Shown here: positions 22,843 through 31,758 of the stretch, piece after piece
Numbering within the stretch: position 1 is the first letter of the stretch
How the letters are laid out: each line of letters begins with the position of its first letter
NCBI GenBank assembly: GCA_039936075.1
Contig: JBDTJA010000286.1
Location: 1 to 60,885 of the forward strand
Source: Opitutaceae bacterium
Lineage (GTDB): Bacteria > Verrucomicrobiota > Verrucomicrobiia > Opitutales > Opitutaceae
DNA: 60,885 bases
Direction of reading: 5' to 3'
The notes under the pieces: generated by a model
What the model was told of the DNA's origin: nothing
Database searches by the model: none
Seen by the model: only the letters and a program-made list of their open reading frames with translations
Translations under genes and position numbers: made by a program

Positions 22843-23766
22843 TTATTCCTCGCCGCGGCCACCGTCGTCGTCGGAAGCAATCTTGCCGCCTTCCTCACCG
22901 AGCTCGCCGAAGAGTCCCCCGGCGGTCCGCGCCCGATAGCGGTTCCGCTCGAGCCCCTTCTGGGCCTCCGCGGAGTTGCGAGTGAAGGGTACGGCCAGCA
23001 GACGGTCCTTGGAGATCGGCTTCTGCGTGATCTCGCAGATGCCGTAGGTGCCGGCGTGGATGCGTTTAATGGCGGCATCGATTTCGGAGAGGGCTTCCTG
23101 CTCGCTGGAAACGAGGCTGAGCGCGAAGTCGCGGTCGAAGGTGTCGGTGCCGGCGTCGGCCATGTGCTGGCCATAACCCGAGAGGTCGCCGCTATCGTCC
23201 TTGCTGGAGCGCTTCAACGTCTCCTCGGAGTGCAGGGTGATGCCGGCGGTGAGATGGTTGCGGAGATCGATCAGCAGCTTGTAGTAGCGCTTGAACTTCT
23301 CGGGGACGTCCTTGCCCTCGTCGGGAATGGGCGCCTTGGCCTTCTTCGGGTTGAAGCCGAGGATTTCGGAGAGCGACGCGGCCTTGATGTGGTTCGGCTT
23401 GGCCTTGGGGAGGTCGAGGACCTTGACCGGAGCCTTAACGGGCGCCTTGGCGTCCTTGGCAAAGGGTGCGGCGCTCTTGCTGGTGACGGTCTTCGCGATG
23501 GCACGGACTTCGTCCAGGCTGAACGCGATGGGTTTGGCGGGAGCTTTTTGCTTCAGCTTGAGAATGTTGTCGCGCAGGGCGGTTTTCTTGGACGGCTTTT
23601 CCATGGTGGCAGGGGGACGAGCTTTGGCTACCGCTGGCGCCGGCTTGGGAGCCGGAACGGATTTCCGCGCCGGAGTCGGGGACGGCTTCGAAGCGGGTTT
23701 GGCGGATTTGGCGGCAGGCTTTTTCGCGGATAATTTTTTCGCGAGCGGTTTTTTATGTTTAGCCAT
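22843..23766 (-). CDS. DksA/TraR-family protein with a long Lys/Ala/Pro-rich N-terminal extension
   Basis: ORF 22843..23829, ATG 23766 (MAKHKKPLAKKLSAKKPAAK). The C-terminal part matches DksA-like proteins (HMADAGTDTFDRDFA ... IDAAIKRIHAGTYGICEITQKPISKDRLLAVP), but only one Cys remains of the usual CxxC...CxxC. Confidence 0.75.
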   Translation of the reverse strand: MAKHKKPLAKKLSAKKPAAKSAKPASKPSPTPARKSVPAPKPAPAVAKARPPATMEKPSKKTALRDNILKLKQKAPAKPIAFSLDEVRAIAKTVTSKSAAPFAKDAKAPVKAPVKVLDLPKAKPNHIKAASLSEILGFNPKKAKAPIPDEGKDVPEKFKRYYKLLIDLRNHLTAGITLHSEETLKRSSKDDSGDLSGYGQHMADAGTDTFDRDFALSLVSSEQEALSEIDAAIKRIHAGTYGICEITQKPISKDRLLAVPFTRNSAEAQKGLERNRYRARTAGGLFGELGEEGGKIASDDDGGRGEE

Positions 23767-23798
23767 GGGGAGAATTGGGGAGGTAAGAAAGGGGAGGA

Positions 23799-26645
23799 TT
23801 ATTTCAAGGCGGCGACGCAGCGGGGGCAAACATCGCCGAGGGGAGAGGGCTCGAGGGCTGGAACCCAGCGCCAGCAGCGGGGGCAGCGCACGTGGCCCAG
23901 TTCGCTGCAGGAGCGAACCGAGACCGCGAGAGCCGCTCCAGCGGAGGGTGCAAGAGTGACATGCGAGACAATAAAAAGTTCTGGTAGAAAGTCGCGGTGT
24001 TTCTCCAACAGCCGGAAAGTTTCGTCTTGGGGTGCGCCACCCAGTGTGACCGCGGCGTCGAGCGATTTGCCCAGCTTGCCCGCCGCACGATGCGGCTCGA
24101 TCGCCTCGTTGACTTGGGCGCGGACCTTCAGCAAGGCCGCGATCTCAGTCTCCAAGGTGACGTTGGTCCACTCACCCGGGATCACGGGCCAGTCCTGCAG
24201 GTGGATGGAGTCATCCGCATATTCCTGGCCGGTCGTTGCGAAGGTCCAAGCCTCGTCCGAGGTGAACGTGAGGATAGGCGCGAGAATCTTCACCAGCGCA
24301 CGAAAGATGTGGTGGATTGCCGTCTGCGAGGAGCGGCGCAGCGGTGACTTCGTGCCCAGCGTGTAAAGCCGGTCCTTCAAGATGTCGTGATACGTTGCGG
24401 AGAGCGTGACCGAGCAGAACTGATTGCACAGCTGGTAAACGCGGTGGAACTCGTAGCTGTCGTAGGCCGCGGTGCACTCGCGCACCAGCGTGCCGGCCTG
24501 GTGAAGGGCCCATCGGTCGAACCCGTCAAGGTCAGCATAAGCGACAACGTCAGTCTTGGCGTCGAAATCGAAGAGGTTCGAAATCTGGTAGCGGAACGTA
24601 TTGCGGATGAGCCGGTAGGTTTCGCCCACGTGGCCGAGAATCTCCTTGGAGATCGGGATGTCGTCGCGGAAGTTCTGCGAAGCGATCCAGAGCCGGATCA
24701 CATCGGCGCCATAGTCTGCGATATAGGCGTCGTTGGTTTGCGGCTTCTGGTAGGTATTACTCTTGCTGAGCTTGTTGCGCTCTTCGTCCACGATGAAACC
24801 GTGGGTGAGAACCGCCTTGTAAGGCGCGGCGCCAAACGCGATCACGCTGGTCCAGAGCGAGGATTGGAACCAACCGCGGTGCTGGTCGCTGCCTTCGAGG
24901 TAAAGATCGGCAGGCCACGAGGTGTTGCCCTGATGGCGTTTAAGCACGGCGACATGCGAGGAACCGGAATCGATCCAGACGTCGAGCGTATCCCGACCGC
25001 AGGTCAGTTCCGTCGCGGCGGGCCAGCCAGCGGGAAGCGTCACTCCCTCGAGGATTTGCGCGGGGGTGGCATCGGACCAGAAATTGGAACCGAGCTTTTC
25101 GACCTTGTCGGCCACGGCGCGAGCGACGCCGGCGTCGAGGAAGGCGTTTTTCTTCGCATCGAAGAATGCCGGGATTGGCACGCCCCACGAGCGCTGGCGG
25201 CTGATGCACCAATCGGGACGTGACTCGACGGCGCCGCGGATGCGGGCTTCGCCCCACGCGGGGATCCAGCCGTGGTGCGCGGCAATCCGGGCGATCTCGG
25301 CAAGGGCCGTGGCGCGGGTGTGGTTCTTGTCGAGAGACACGAACCACTGATCGACGGCGCGGAAGATGATCGGCGTCTTGGAACGCCAGCAATGCGGGTA
25401 GCTGTGCGCATACTTGGCCTTGGCGAGCAACGCGTTGGCGGCGGCCAGCTTCTTGAGGACGGCCAGATTGGCGGGCGCCGGACGTTTGGCGGCGAGGTCC
25501 TCGACGGTCTCGAGCGTGGTGAGTCCGACGAGATCGGCGGGGATCCGGCCGTCATCGAGGTAGCGACCGTCGTCGCCGACGGGGCAGTAGATCTCTAGTT
25601 TGTTTTTCAGGCCGGTCTGGTAGTCGTCCGCGCCGTGGCCAGGCGCGGTGTGCACCGCGCCGGTACCACTGTCGGTCGTGACGTAGTCGGCGAGGACGAC
25701 GGGCGAGGCGCGATCGATGAAAGGATGACGGGCTTGAAGCTTGTCGAGTTCCGCGCCCTTGCGTTTGGCGACGACCGTCGGGGTGGCCTCAATCTTGGCG
25801 GCGGTCAGGACGGCGCTGAGGAGCGCTTCAGCCACGATGAGACGCTCCGCGCCGACATCGGCGACGACGTAATCCACGGTGGGATGCAGCGCGATCGCCA
25901 GATTGGCGGGGATCGTCCAGGGCGTGGTTGTCCAGATGACGATAAAAAGAGGCTTGTCGGTGGGCAGGCTGAACTTGGCGGCCTCCTCGGTGGGCACGAG
26001 GAACTTCACCCAGATGGCGATGGAGGTGTGATCTTTGTATTCGATCTCGGCCTCGGCCAGGGCGGTTTCGAAAGGGATCGACCAATAGACGGGCTTCTTG
26101 GCGCGATAGGTCAGGTCGTGTTCAACGAAAGTCGAGAAGGTGCGCAGGATATCGGCTTCAAAAGCGGGGTCCTTGGTCTTGTATTCATTTTTCCAGTCGG
26201 CGAGCACGCCGAGGCGTTGGAATTGGGCGCGCTGCCGGCCGATCCAGTACTCGGAAAAAGCGTCGCACTTGGCGCGCAGCTGGGCGGTCGTGACGGTCTC
26301 GTTCTTCTCGCGCAGTTCGGCGGTAACCTTTTGCTCAATCGGGAGGCCATGGCAGTCCCAACCTGGCACGTAAGGCGTGCGAAACCCTCGCATGGATTTG
26401 TAGCGGTTGATGAGATCCTTGAGCGTCTTGTTCAGCGTGTGGCCAAGATGCAGATCGCCATTCGTAAAGGGCGGACCGTCATGGAGCACGAAGGCCGGCG
26501 CAGCGGCGCGGGCCTTTTGGATGGCTTCGTAGAGGCCCATTTTCTCCCAGTGCGCGACACGACCGGGCTCGCGCTGGGCCAGGCCGGCCCGCATGGGAAA
26601 GTCCGTTTTAGGGAGCTGCAGCGTATCTTTAAGTTCGAGCGCCAT
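23799..26645 (-). CDS. ileS: Isoleucine--tRNA ligase
   Basis: ORF 23799..26819, conserved start ATG 26645 (MALELKDTLQLPKTDFPMRA). HIGH motif PFTNGDLHLGH, KMSKS motif KLSKS, and C-terminal Zn motif CPRCWRW...CPRC. Confidence 0.95.
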   Translation of the reverse strand: MALELKDTLQLPKTDFPMRAGLAQREPGRVAHWEKMGLYEAIQKARAAAPAFVLHDGPPFTNGDLHLGHTLNKTLKDLINRYKSMRGFRTPYVPGWDCHGLPIEQKVTAELREKNETVTTAQLRAKCDAFSEYWIGRQRAQFQRLGVLADWKNEYKTKDPAFEADILRTFSTFVEHDLTYRAKKPVYWSIPFETALAEAEIEYKDHTSIAIWVKFLVPTEEAAKFSLPTDKPLFIVIWTTTPWTIPANLAIALHPTVDYVVADVGAERLIVAEALLSAVLTAAKIEATPTVVAKRKGAELDKLQARHPFIDRASPVVLADYVTTDSGTGAVHTAPGHGADDYQTGLKNKLEIYCPVGDDGRYLDDGRIPADLVGLTTLETVEDLAAKRPAPANLAVLKKLAAANALLAKAKYAHSYPHCWRSKTPIIFRAVDQWFVSLDKNHTRATALAEIARIAAHHGWIPAWGEARIRGAVESRPDWCISRQRSWGVPIPAFFDAKKNAFLDAGVARAVADKVEKLGSNFWSDATPAQILEGVTLPAGWPAATELTCGRDTLDVWIDSGSSHVAVLKRHQGNTSWPADLYLEGSDQHRGWFQSSLWTSVIAFGAAPYKAVLTHGFIVDEERNKLSKSNTYQKPQTNDAYIADYGADVIRLWIASQNFRDDIPISKEILGHVGETYRLIRNTFRYQISNLFDFDAKTDVVAYADLDGFDRWALHQAGTLVRECTAAYDSYEFHRVYQLCNQFCSVTLSATYHDILKDRLYTLGTKSPLRRSSQTAIHHIFRALVKILAPILTFTSDEAWTFATTGQEYADDSIHLQDWPVIPGEWTNVTLETEIAALLKVRAQVNEAIEPHRAAGKLGKSLDAAVTLGGAPQDETFRLLEKHRDFLPELFIVSHVTLAPSAGAALAVSVRSCSELGHVRCPRCWRWVPALEPSPLGDVCPRCVAALK

Positions 26646-26765
26646 GCCAAAGAAAACGCGCGAGGCTAGGCCGCGCGGAGAGTGAGTCAAGGGGAGACAG
26701 GGCTGGATGGTGGGCAGTTCAATTTTCCGTGATTTTGTGGGTTGGGCTTTACGCCTGATCTCCGC

Positions 26766-26937
26766 GGATCGGATATCTGGCGGAAAGCCCGACCCTGGGC
26801 AATGTGACCCACGACTCACGACCCGGGAATGGGCGGGCGGTCATTAATCGATGGTCCGCTTTCATCCTGAAGGTTTCGATCCGACGGCCTCCCGGCTGAG
26901 CGCTGAAAGCGGAGTGCTGACCGCCGATACCTGATCC
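26766..26937. ncRNA. Candidate structured RNA / leader element (three nested helices); identity and strand unknown
   Basis: P1 pairs 26766-26783 with 26921-26937 (16 bp, one bulge, one mismatch). P2 pairs 26787-26795 with 26831-26838 (8 bp, one bulge). P3 pairs 26855-26864 with 26904-26913 (10 bp, perfect). The element lies between the hemY stop and the ileS start. Confidence 0.3.
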
Positions 26938-26938
26938 C

Positions 26939-28372
26939 TCAGGGTGGCAGCACGGCGGATGCGGCGAGTCTTTCTCCCGCCGCGATGCAGGCCGGCATCG
27001 AGATGCCGTCGCGGGCCTGGCCGCCGATGAACAAGCCGGGAAACAACCGCTCACAAATTATCATGGATTCGACGTAGCGTTCGTAGCCGAGGTTATACTG
27101 GGGAATCGCCCGCGGCCAGAAAGTGAGATGCGAGAAGACCGGGTCGCCGGTCACCCCGAGCAGCTCGCGGAGGTCAGGACGAATCCGCGCGAGCAGTTTT
27201 TCGGGTGAGAGCGCGGCAATTTCCGGCTGGCGCGTGCCACCGACCAGAACGGTGAGGGCCACGTGTCCGGCGGGCGCGCGTTTCGGAAACAACGACGACG
27301 AGAACAGCACGCCAAGCATGGAGCGGCGCTCGACGGCGGGCACGAGCAGGCCGAAACCGTCCAGCGGGTGAGAGATTTGTTCACGCCGATAGCCGAGAAA
27401 AAAGGAGGTGACGGGCGGATGCTCAATATTTTGGAGGCCGGCCAGCGGGCGTTCCGCGAGGGGACCCAGCCGAATCGAGGCGAGAGCTGAGGCCGGCAGC
27501 GCGGCGATGACGGCGTCGAAGGTCTCGGTGCGCGCGACCTGCCCGTCGTGCCAGATAACGCTCCAGCGGTGGCCCGGAACGAGCTCCTCGAGCGGCGCAT
27601 TCAGGCTCAGCGTGCCAAGGGGCAGCTGGTCCGCGAGGGCCTGCGGGAGCGTATGCAGGCCGTTAATGAACGAAACCACGCCGGGCGGAGGCTCCCCGCG
27701 GGCCCGGCGCGTCTTGGCGACGGCTCGTTGGCCACGTAGGAAGGAACCGTACTCCTGCTCAAGTTCCCAGAGTTTCGGAAACGCGAAGCGCGAGGAAAGT
27801 TTTTGCGGATTGCCGGCGTACACTCCGCTGGCGAACGGGTTGAGCGCGTAATCCACAAATTGCTGACCGAAGTGGGAACGAATGAGGTCTTCAAGGCTGA
27901 GGTCGTTGACGCGCACCCGGCGGCCGGAAGCCAGCTCAGCAAGCATGCGCAGCTTGGTAAGAGGAGAGAACAGCGAGGAGGTGAGAAACTCGGGTGGGGA
28001 GAGCGGGAAGGGGACGGGCCGGCCGCGGCGGACGATGTAGCGGTGCTTCGACTCGGGACTGGCCGGGAGGCAGGCTGAGGTGATGCGGAGCTCCTCGAGC
28101 AGGTTTCCCACGGCCGGGTCGCCGGTCAGCAAGGTGTTGGGACCGGCTTCGATGAGCCAGCCATGCTCCATCTCGGTGCGAATGACTCCGCCGACCCGGC
28201 CGGTTTTCTCGAAGACACGGACCCGGTGGCCGTTGCGACTCAGCCGGTGGGCGGCGGTCAAGCCGGTAAGCCCGGCCCCGATGATTGCAATGGACTTGGT
28301 CTTCGGGTCAGCCGGTCGAGGCGAAGCGCTCACGAAGGGAAAGGACGCCATGGGAACCTTAAATGTAGCCAC
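26939..28372 (-). CDS. hemY: Protoporphyrinogen oxidase (HemY-type FAD amine-oxidase fold)
   Basis: FAD dinucleotide fold IAIIGAGLTGLTAAHRL, ~470 aa. The GTG start lies 3 nt after the hemE stop (alternative ATG at 28351). Clustered with hemE and hemF. Confidence 0.85.
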   Translation of the reverse strand: MATFKVPMASFPFVSASPRPADPKTKSIAIIGAGLTGLTAAHRLSRNGHRVRVFEKTGRVGGVIRTEMEHGWLIEAGPNTLLTGDPAVGNLLEELRITSACLPASPESKHRYIVRRGRPVPFPLSPPEFLTSSLFSPLTKLRMLAELASGRRVRVNDLSLEDLIRSHFGQQFVDYALNPFASGVYAGNPQKLSSRFAFPKLWELEQEYGSFLRGQRAVAKTRRARGEPPPGVVSFINGLHTLPQALADQLPLGTLSLNAPLEELVPGHRWSVIWHDGQVARTETFDAVIAALPASALASIRLGPLAERPLAGLQNIEHPPVTSFFLGYRREQISHPLDGFGLLVPAVERRSMLGVLFSSSLFPKRAPAGHVALTVLVGGTRQPEIAALSPEKLLARIRPDLRELLGVTGDPVFSHLTFWPRAIPQYNLGYERYVESMIICERLFPGLFIGGQARDGISMPACIAAGERLAASAVLPP

Positions 28373-28375
28373 GGA

Positions 28376-29407
28376 TCATTTCCAAGTGGTGACGGTACCG
28401 ACGAGTGCGGCCATGCACTCGAGCTTGGCCTGTGGCAGGATGCCATGGCCGAGGTTAAAAATATGGCCGTTCGTGCCGCGCATGGATTCGAGCAAGCGGG
28501 TGGTTTCGCGGGTGACGATGGCCGGTGTCGTATTGAGCAGGACGGGATCGAGGTTGCCCTGGACTGCGACGTTGGCGGGCAGGGTGCGACGAACGATGGT
28601 GAGATCGTTGGTCCAATCCACACTCAGCACGCGAGCGCCGGTGAATGCTTGGGCGGAGAGATGCGGAGCCGTGCCCTTGGCGTAGAGGATGATGGGGAAA
28701 TCCTTGGGCAATGCGGCGATGATCTGGCGGATCCATTTGAGTGAGGCGGCCTCGTAGTCCGGTCCCGCAATGATGCCGCCCCACGAATCGAAGATCTGGA
28801 TCGCATCGGCGCCGGCGCGAATTTGCATCTGGAAATAGGCGATCAGCGCGGCGGTGAGTTTTTCCAGCAGCGCATCGAACAGGCCGCGATCCGTGTAGAA
28901 AAGCTGCTTCACGCGCTCAAATTCATCCGAGCTGCCGCCCTCGACCATGTAAGTCGCGAGCGTCCACGGTGAACCCCCAAAACCAAGGAGGGCCTTGCTT
29001 CCGGCGAGCTCCTTTTTGAGCAGAGTCAGCGCATCGGCGACGTAGTGGAGGCGCTCGAGTGCGGCGGAGGCGGGCGCAAGGGCATCCACTTGAGCGCGGG
29101 TTTCGAGTCGATACTCCATCGCAATGCCGCCCTCGTCGCGAAACCGGTAACCCTGGCCGAGGGCCTCCGGGATCACCAAAATGTCGGAGAACAAGATGGC
29201 GGCGTCGAGCCCCGGGAAACGTTTCAACGGCTGCAGCGTCACCTCGGCGGCGAGCGCGGGCGTGCGCACCATCTCGAGGAAGGAGGATTTGGCTTTTAGC
29301 GCGCGGTATTCCGGCAGGTAGCGCCCGGCCTGGCGCATGACCCAGAGTGGCGGACGCTCGAGGGGAGTACAGGCGCAGGCGGCGAGAAAACGTTCGCGGG
29401 AATTCAT
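28376..29407 (-). CDS. hemE: Uroporphyrinogen decarboxylase
   Basis: N-terminal [16 protein letters not shown] motif, 343 aa. Overlaps the hemF stop by 4 nt. Confidence 0.95.
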   Translation of the reverse strand: MNSRERFLAACACTPLERPPLWVMRQAGRYLPEYRALKAKSSFLEMVRTPALAAEVTLQPLKRFPGLDAAILFSDILVIPEALGQGYRFRDEGGIAMEYRLETRAQVDALAPASAALERLHYVADALTLLKKELAGSKALLGFGGSPWTLATYMVEGGSSDEFERVKQLFYTDRGLFDALLEKLTAALIAYFQMQIRAGADAIQIFDSWGGIIAGPDYEAASLKWIRQIIAALPKDFPIILYAKGTAPHLSAQAFTGARVLSVDWTNDLTIVRRTLPANVAVQGNLDPVLLNTTPAIVTRETTRLLESMRGTNGHIFNLGHGILPQAKLECMAALVGTVTTWK

Positions 29408-30411
29408 GAGTAATTAGCCCAATCGCGGGCCTGTAAAAACACGTCGTAGAGTTTCGCCTCGGCGGAGCCGGGTGCGGGTTTCCAGTCGTAGTCCCAGCGG
29501 ACGAGCGGAGGGAGTGACATTAGAATGGATTCCGTGCGGCCGCCGCTTTGGAGGCCGAAGTGCGTGCCGCGATCCCAGACGAGATTGAACTCCACGTAAC
29601 GCCCACGCCGGTAGAGCTGGAACTGCCGTTCACGGTCGCTGTGCAACATGCCTTTGCGCTGGTTCACGATGGGGTAATAGGCCGGGATAAACGCGTCGCC
29701 CACCGCGCGCGTCAGGGCGAAACTGCGGTCGAAGCCGAGTTCATTGAAATCATCGTAGAACAGACCGCCGATGCCGCGCGGCTCGCCGCGATGTTTCAGG
29801 AAGAAATAGTCGTCACAGTTCTTCTTGAAGCGTGGATAAAGCGGATCGCCAAACGGCGCGACGGCGGCGCGGGCGGTTTGATGCCAGTGGGCGGCATCCG
29901 CTTCGAAACCGTAATAGGGAGTCAGATCAAAACCTCCACCGAACCACCAAGCCGGTGCGGGAGTCGGGCCGGGATGACTAATGCCCAACGCGGACTGTTT
30001 GGCGCCGGAGTCGGGCGACGTGTTCGTCGACGCGGGCTTCGCAAGGGGAGCGGTCGAATCGGTGCCCACGCTGATGAAGCGGACATTTGCGTGAGCGGTG
30101 GGGACATATGGGTTGCGGGGGTGCACCACGAGGGAAACGCCGAGCGCTTCCCAAGGTTTGCCAGCCAGTTCCGGACGATGGGCGGTGGCGGAGGACGGGA
30201 GTTTTTCGCCGGTGACGTGGGAGAAATTGACCCCGGCTTTTTCGAAGACAGTGCCCTCGGTCAGCACGCGGGTGCGGCCACCGCCCCCTTCCGCGCGGGT
30301 CCAGGCGTCTTCCCGGAACTTTCCGGCGCCGTCTTCCTGCTCGAGCGCATCACAGATGCGGTCCTGGAGTGAAAGCAGGTAGGCCTTGACGGCGGCGACG
30401 TCGGGTTTCAT
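29404..30411 (-). CDS. hemF: Oxygen-dependent coproporphyrinogen-III oxidase
   Basis: Motifs [43 protein letters not shown] and [16 protein letters not shown]. Confidence 0.9.
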   Translation of the reverse strand: MKPDVAAVKAYLLSLQDRICDALEQEDGAGKFREDAWTRAEGGGGRTRVLTEGTVFEKAGVNFSHVTGEKLPSSATAHRPELAGKPWEALGVSLVVHPRNPYVPTAHANVRFISVGTDSTAPLAKPASTNTSPDSGAKQSALGISHPGPTPAPAWWFGGGFDLTPYYGFEADAAHWHQTARAAVAPFGDPLYPRFKKNCDDYFFLKHRGEPRGIGGLFYDDFNELGFDRSFALTRAVGDAFIPAYYPIVNQRKGMLHSDRERQFQLYRRGRYVEFNLVWDRGTHFGLQSGGRTESILMSLPPLVRWDYDWKPAPGSAEAKLYDVFLQARDWANYS

Positions 30412-30510
30412 GGCAACGCGTCACTGAATACTGAACCGCCGTGGGGCGAAACACTAATTCCGGTGCAATATTCTCGGTAGAAGAATTTCCGTGGCCGCGA
30501 CCGACGAGGC

Positions 30511-31548
30511 CTACTTTTTGGGCGACGGCAGAGAAAATTTGATGGCGGCTTCGGTCTCAGCCGGGGCGACGGCCGCGGGCGCCGGAGCGGCACTAATTGG
30601 CGAAGGCTCTGGCATGGCGCCGGGTTCGGCTCGGAAGCCGGGTCCATTCGGTGCCAAGGCGGCGAACCCGCGGTCGACCATCTCGATGGCCTTCAGGTCG
30701 CGGGCATGACCTCGATCAATCGCGCCACCCGGACCGAATGAGCCCATGATAACCACGATCACGCGTCGGCCATTGCGCTGCGCCGTCACGCTGATGCAAT
30801 AACCGGCGCCGTCGGTGAAGCCGGTCTTGAGACCATCCACGCCGGCGACTTTGCCCAGAAGCTTGTTGTGGTTGATCATGTGCTGGGGGCCTTTGGCGCG
30901 GTTAGGGCCGAAATCCCTCTTCTGCACCGAGGTGTATTTCAAAACATCGGTTTTCAGGAGTAAATAGCGGCTGAGGATGGCAAAATCCCGCGGGGTGGTG
31001 AGATCGCCATCAGCGATCCGCCGGCTGGGCGGCGGCAGGCCGTGAGGCGAGCGGAAGGTCGTGTGCGTCATGCCGATCTCGCGCGCCTTGGCGTTCATCA
31101 ATTCCACGAACGCCGGGATGGAGCCGGCGGCCTGACGGGCGAGTGCGTGGGCGGCGTCGTTGGCGGACTGGATCATCATCGCGTAAAGCAGCTCCTCGAC
31201 GGAAAACGTTTCGCGCGGGTCGAGAAAAACCTGCGTGCCCCCCATCCTGGCATCGTCCGTCGTGATCTTGATCGGCGTGGCCAGCGTGAGCGCGCCGCTC
31301 TGGAGTTTGTCGTGCACCACGAGAAACGTCATGAGCTTCGTCATGCTTGCCGGGGGGTTGGCGATGTCCGCATTGTCCTCGATCAGAACCTGCCCAGTCG
31401 CGGCATCCATGACGATGAGACCCTTGAAGGCGGCGGGATTGGCCGTGGCGTGGGACCGGGTTGGATGCGCCTTGGCCGCGCAGAGCGAAACCGGCATCAG
31501 GCCGGCGCAGAGTAGAAAAGTGGCGAGGGACCAGCGCGGTAAAATCAT
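30511..31548 (-). CDS. D-alanyl-D-alanine carboxypeptidase (S11 penicillin-binding protein)
   Basis: ORF 30511..31680, start ATG 31548 with a signal peptide (MILPRWSLATFLLCAGL). SxxK = SMTK, SxN = SAN, KTG = KTGFT. Confidence 0.85.
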   Translation of the reverse strand: MILPRWSLATFLLCAGLMPVSLCAAKAHPTRSHATANPAAFKGLIVMDAATGQVLIEDNADIANPPASMTKLMTFLVVHDKLQSGALTLATPIKITTDDARMGGTQVFLDPRETFSVEELLYAMMIQSANDAAHALARQAAGSIPAFVELMNAKAREIGMTHTTFRSPHGLPPPSRRIADGDLTTPRDFAILSRYLLLKTDVLKYTSVQKRDFGPNRAKGPQHMINHNKLLGKVAGVDGLKTGFTDGAGYCISVTAQRNGRRVIVVIMGSFGPGGAIDRGHARDLKAIEMVDRGFAALAPNGPGFRAEPGAMPEPSPISAAPAPAAVAPAETEAAIKFSLPSPKK

Positions 31549-31758
31549 GTGGGAGAGCGAACAGGGAATCCGCCGCGCGGTGCGAGCAGAAATGTGCACC
31601 ATGCAGGGCAATTTACGCTGCGGCGGGCGGCTAGACCGGGCGTTCCGCCGCCCGGCTGATCGAAAAAGGATCTCGCGCACGGAGCGGCCGACTCACCTTC
31701 GAAAGCGCGCGAGAGTTGAATCCCGGCAACCCTGCGTTATGGTTGGGGTCGATCTCCC

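Noticed and set aside
23257-23766. Short tandem DNA repeats in the K/A/P-rich region and the 99-nt periodicity at 47115-48005, considered as a possible CRISPR or satellite array.
   Set aside because: Both are in-frame coding repeats (the H1-like tail and the ankyrin units). There are no spacer/repeat architecture and no cas genes.
26894-26937. Resemblance to TPP-riboswitch core strings (GCTGAG ... ACCTGATCC) on the plus strand.
   Set aside because: The P5-like UGG-AUAAU-CCAGCG hairpin is absent. The plus strand here is antisense to hemY, so there is no downstream gene to regulate. The similarity to c-di-GMP-I (GGAAAGCC) is only a few nucleotides.
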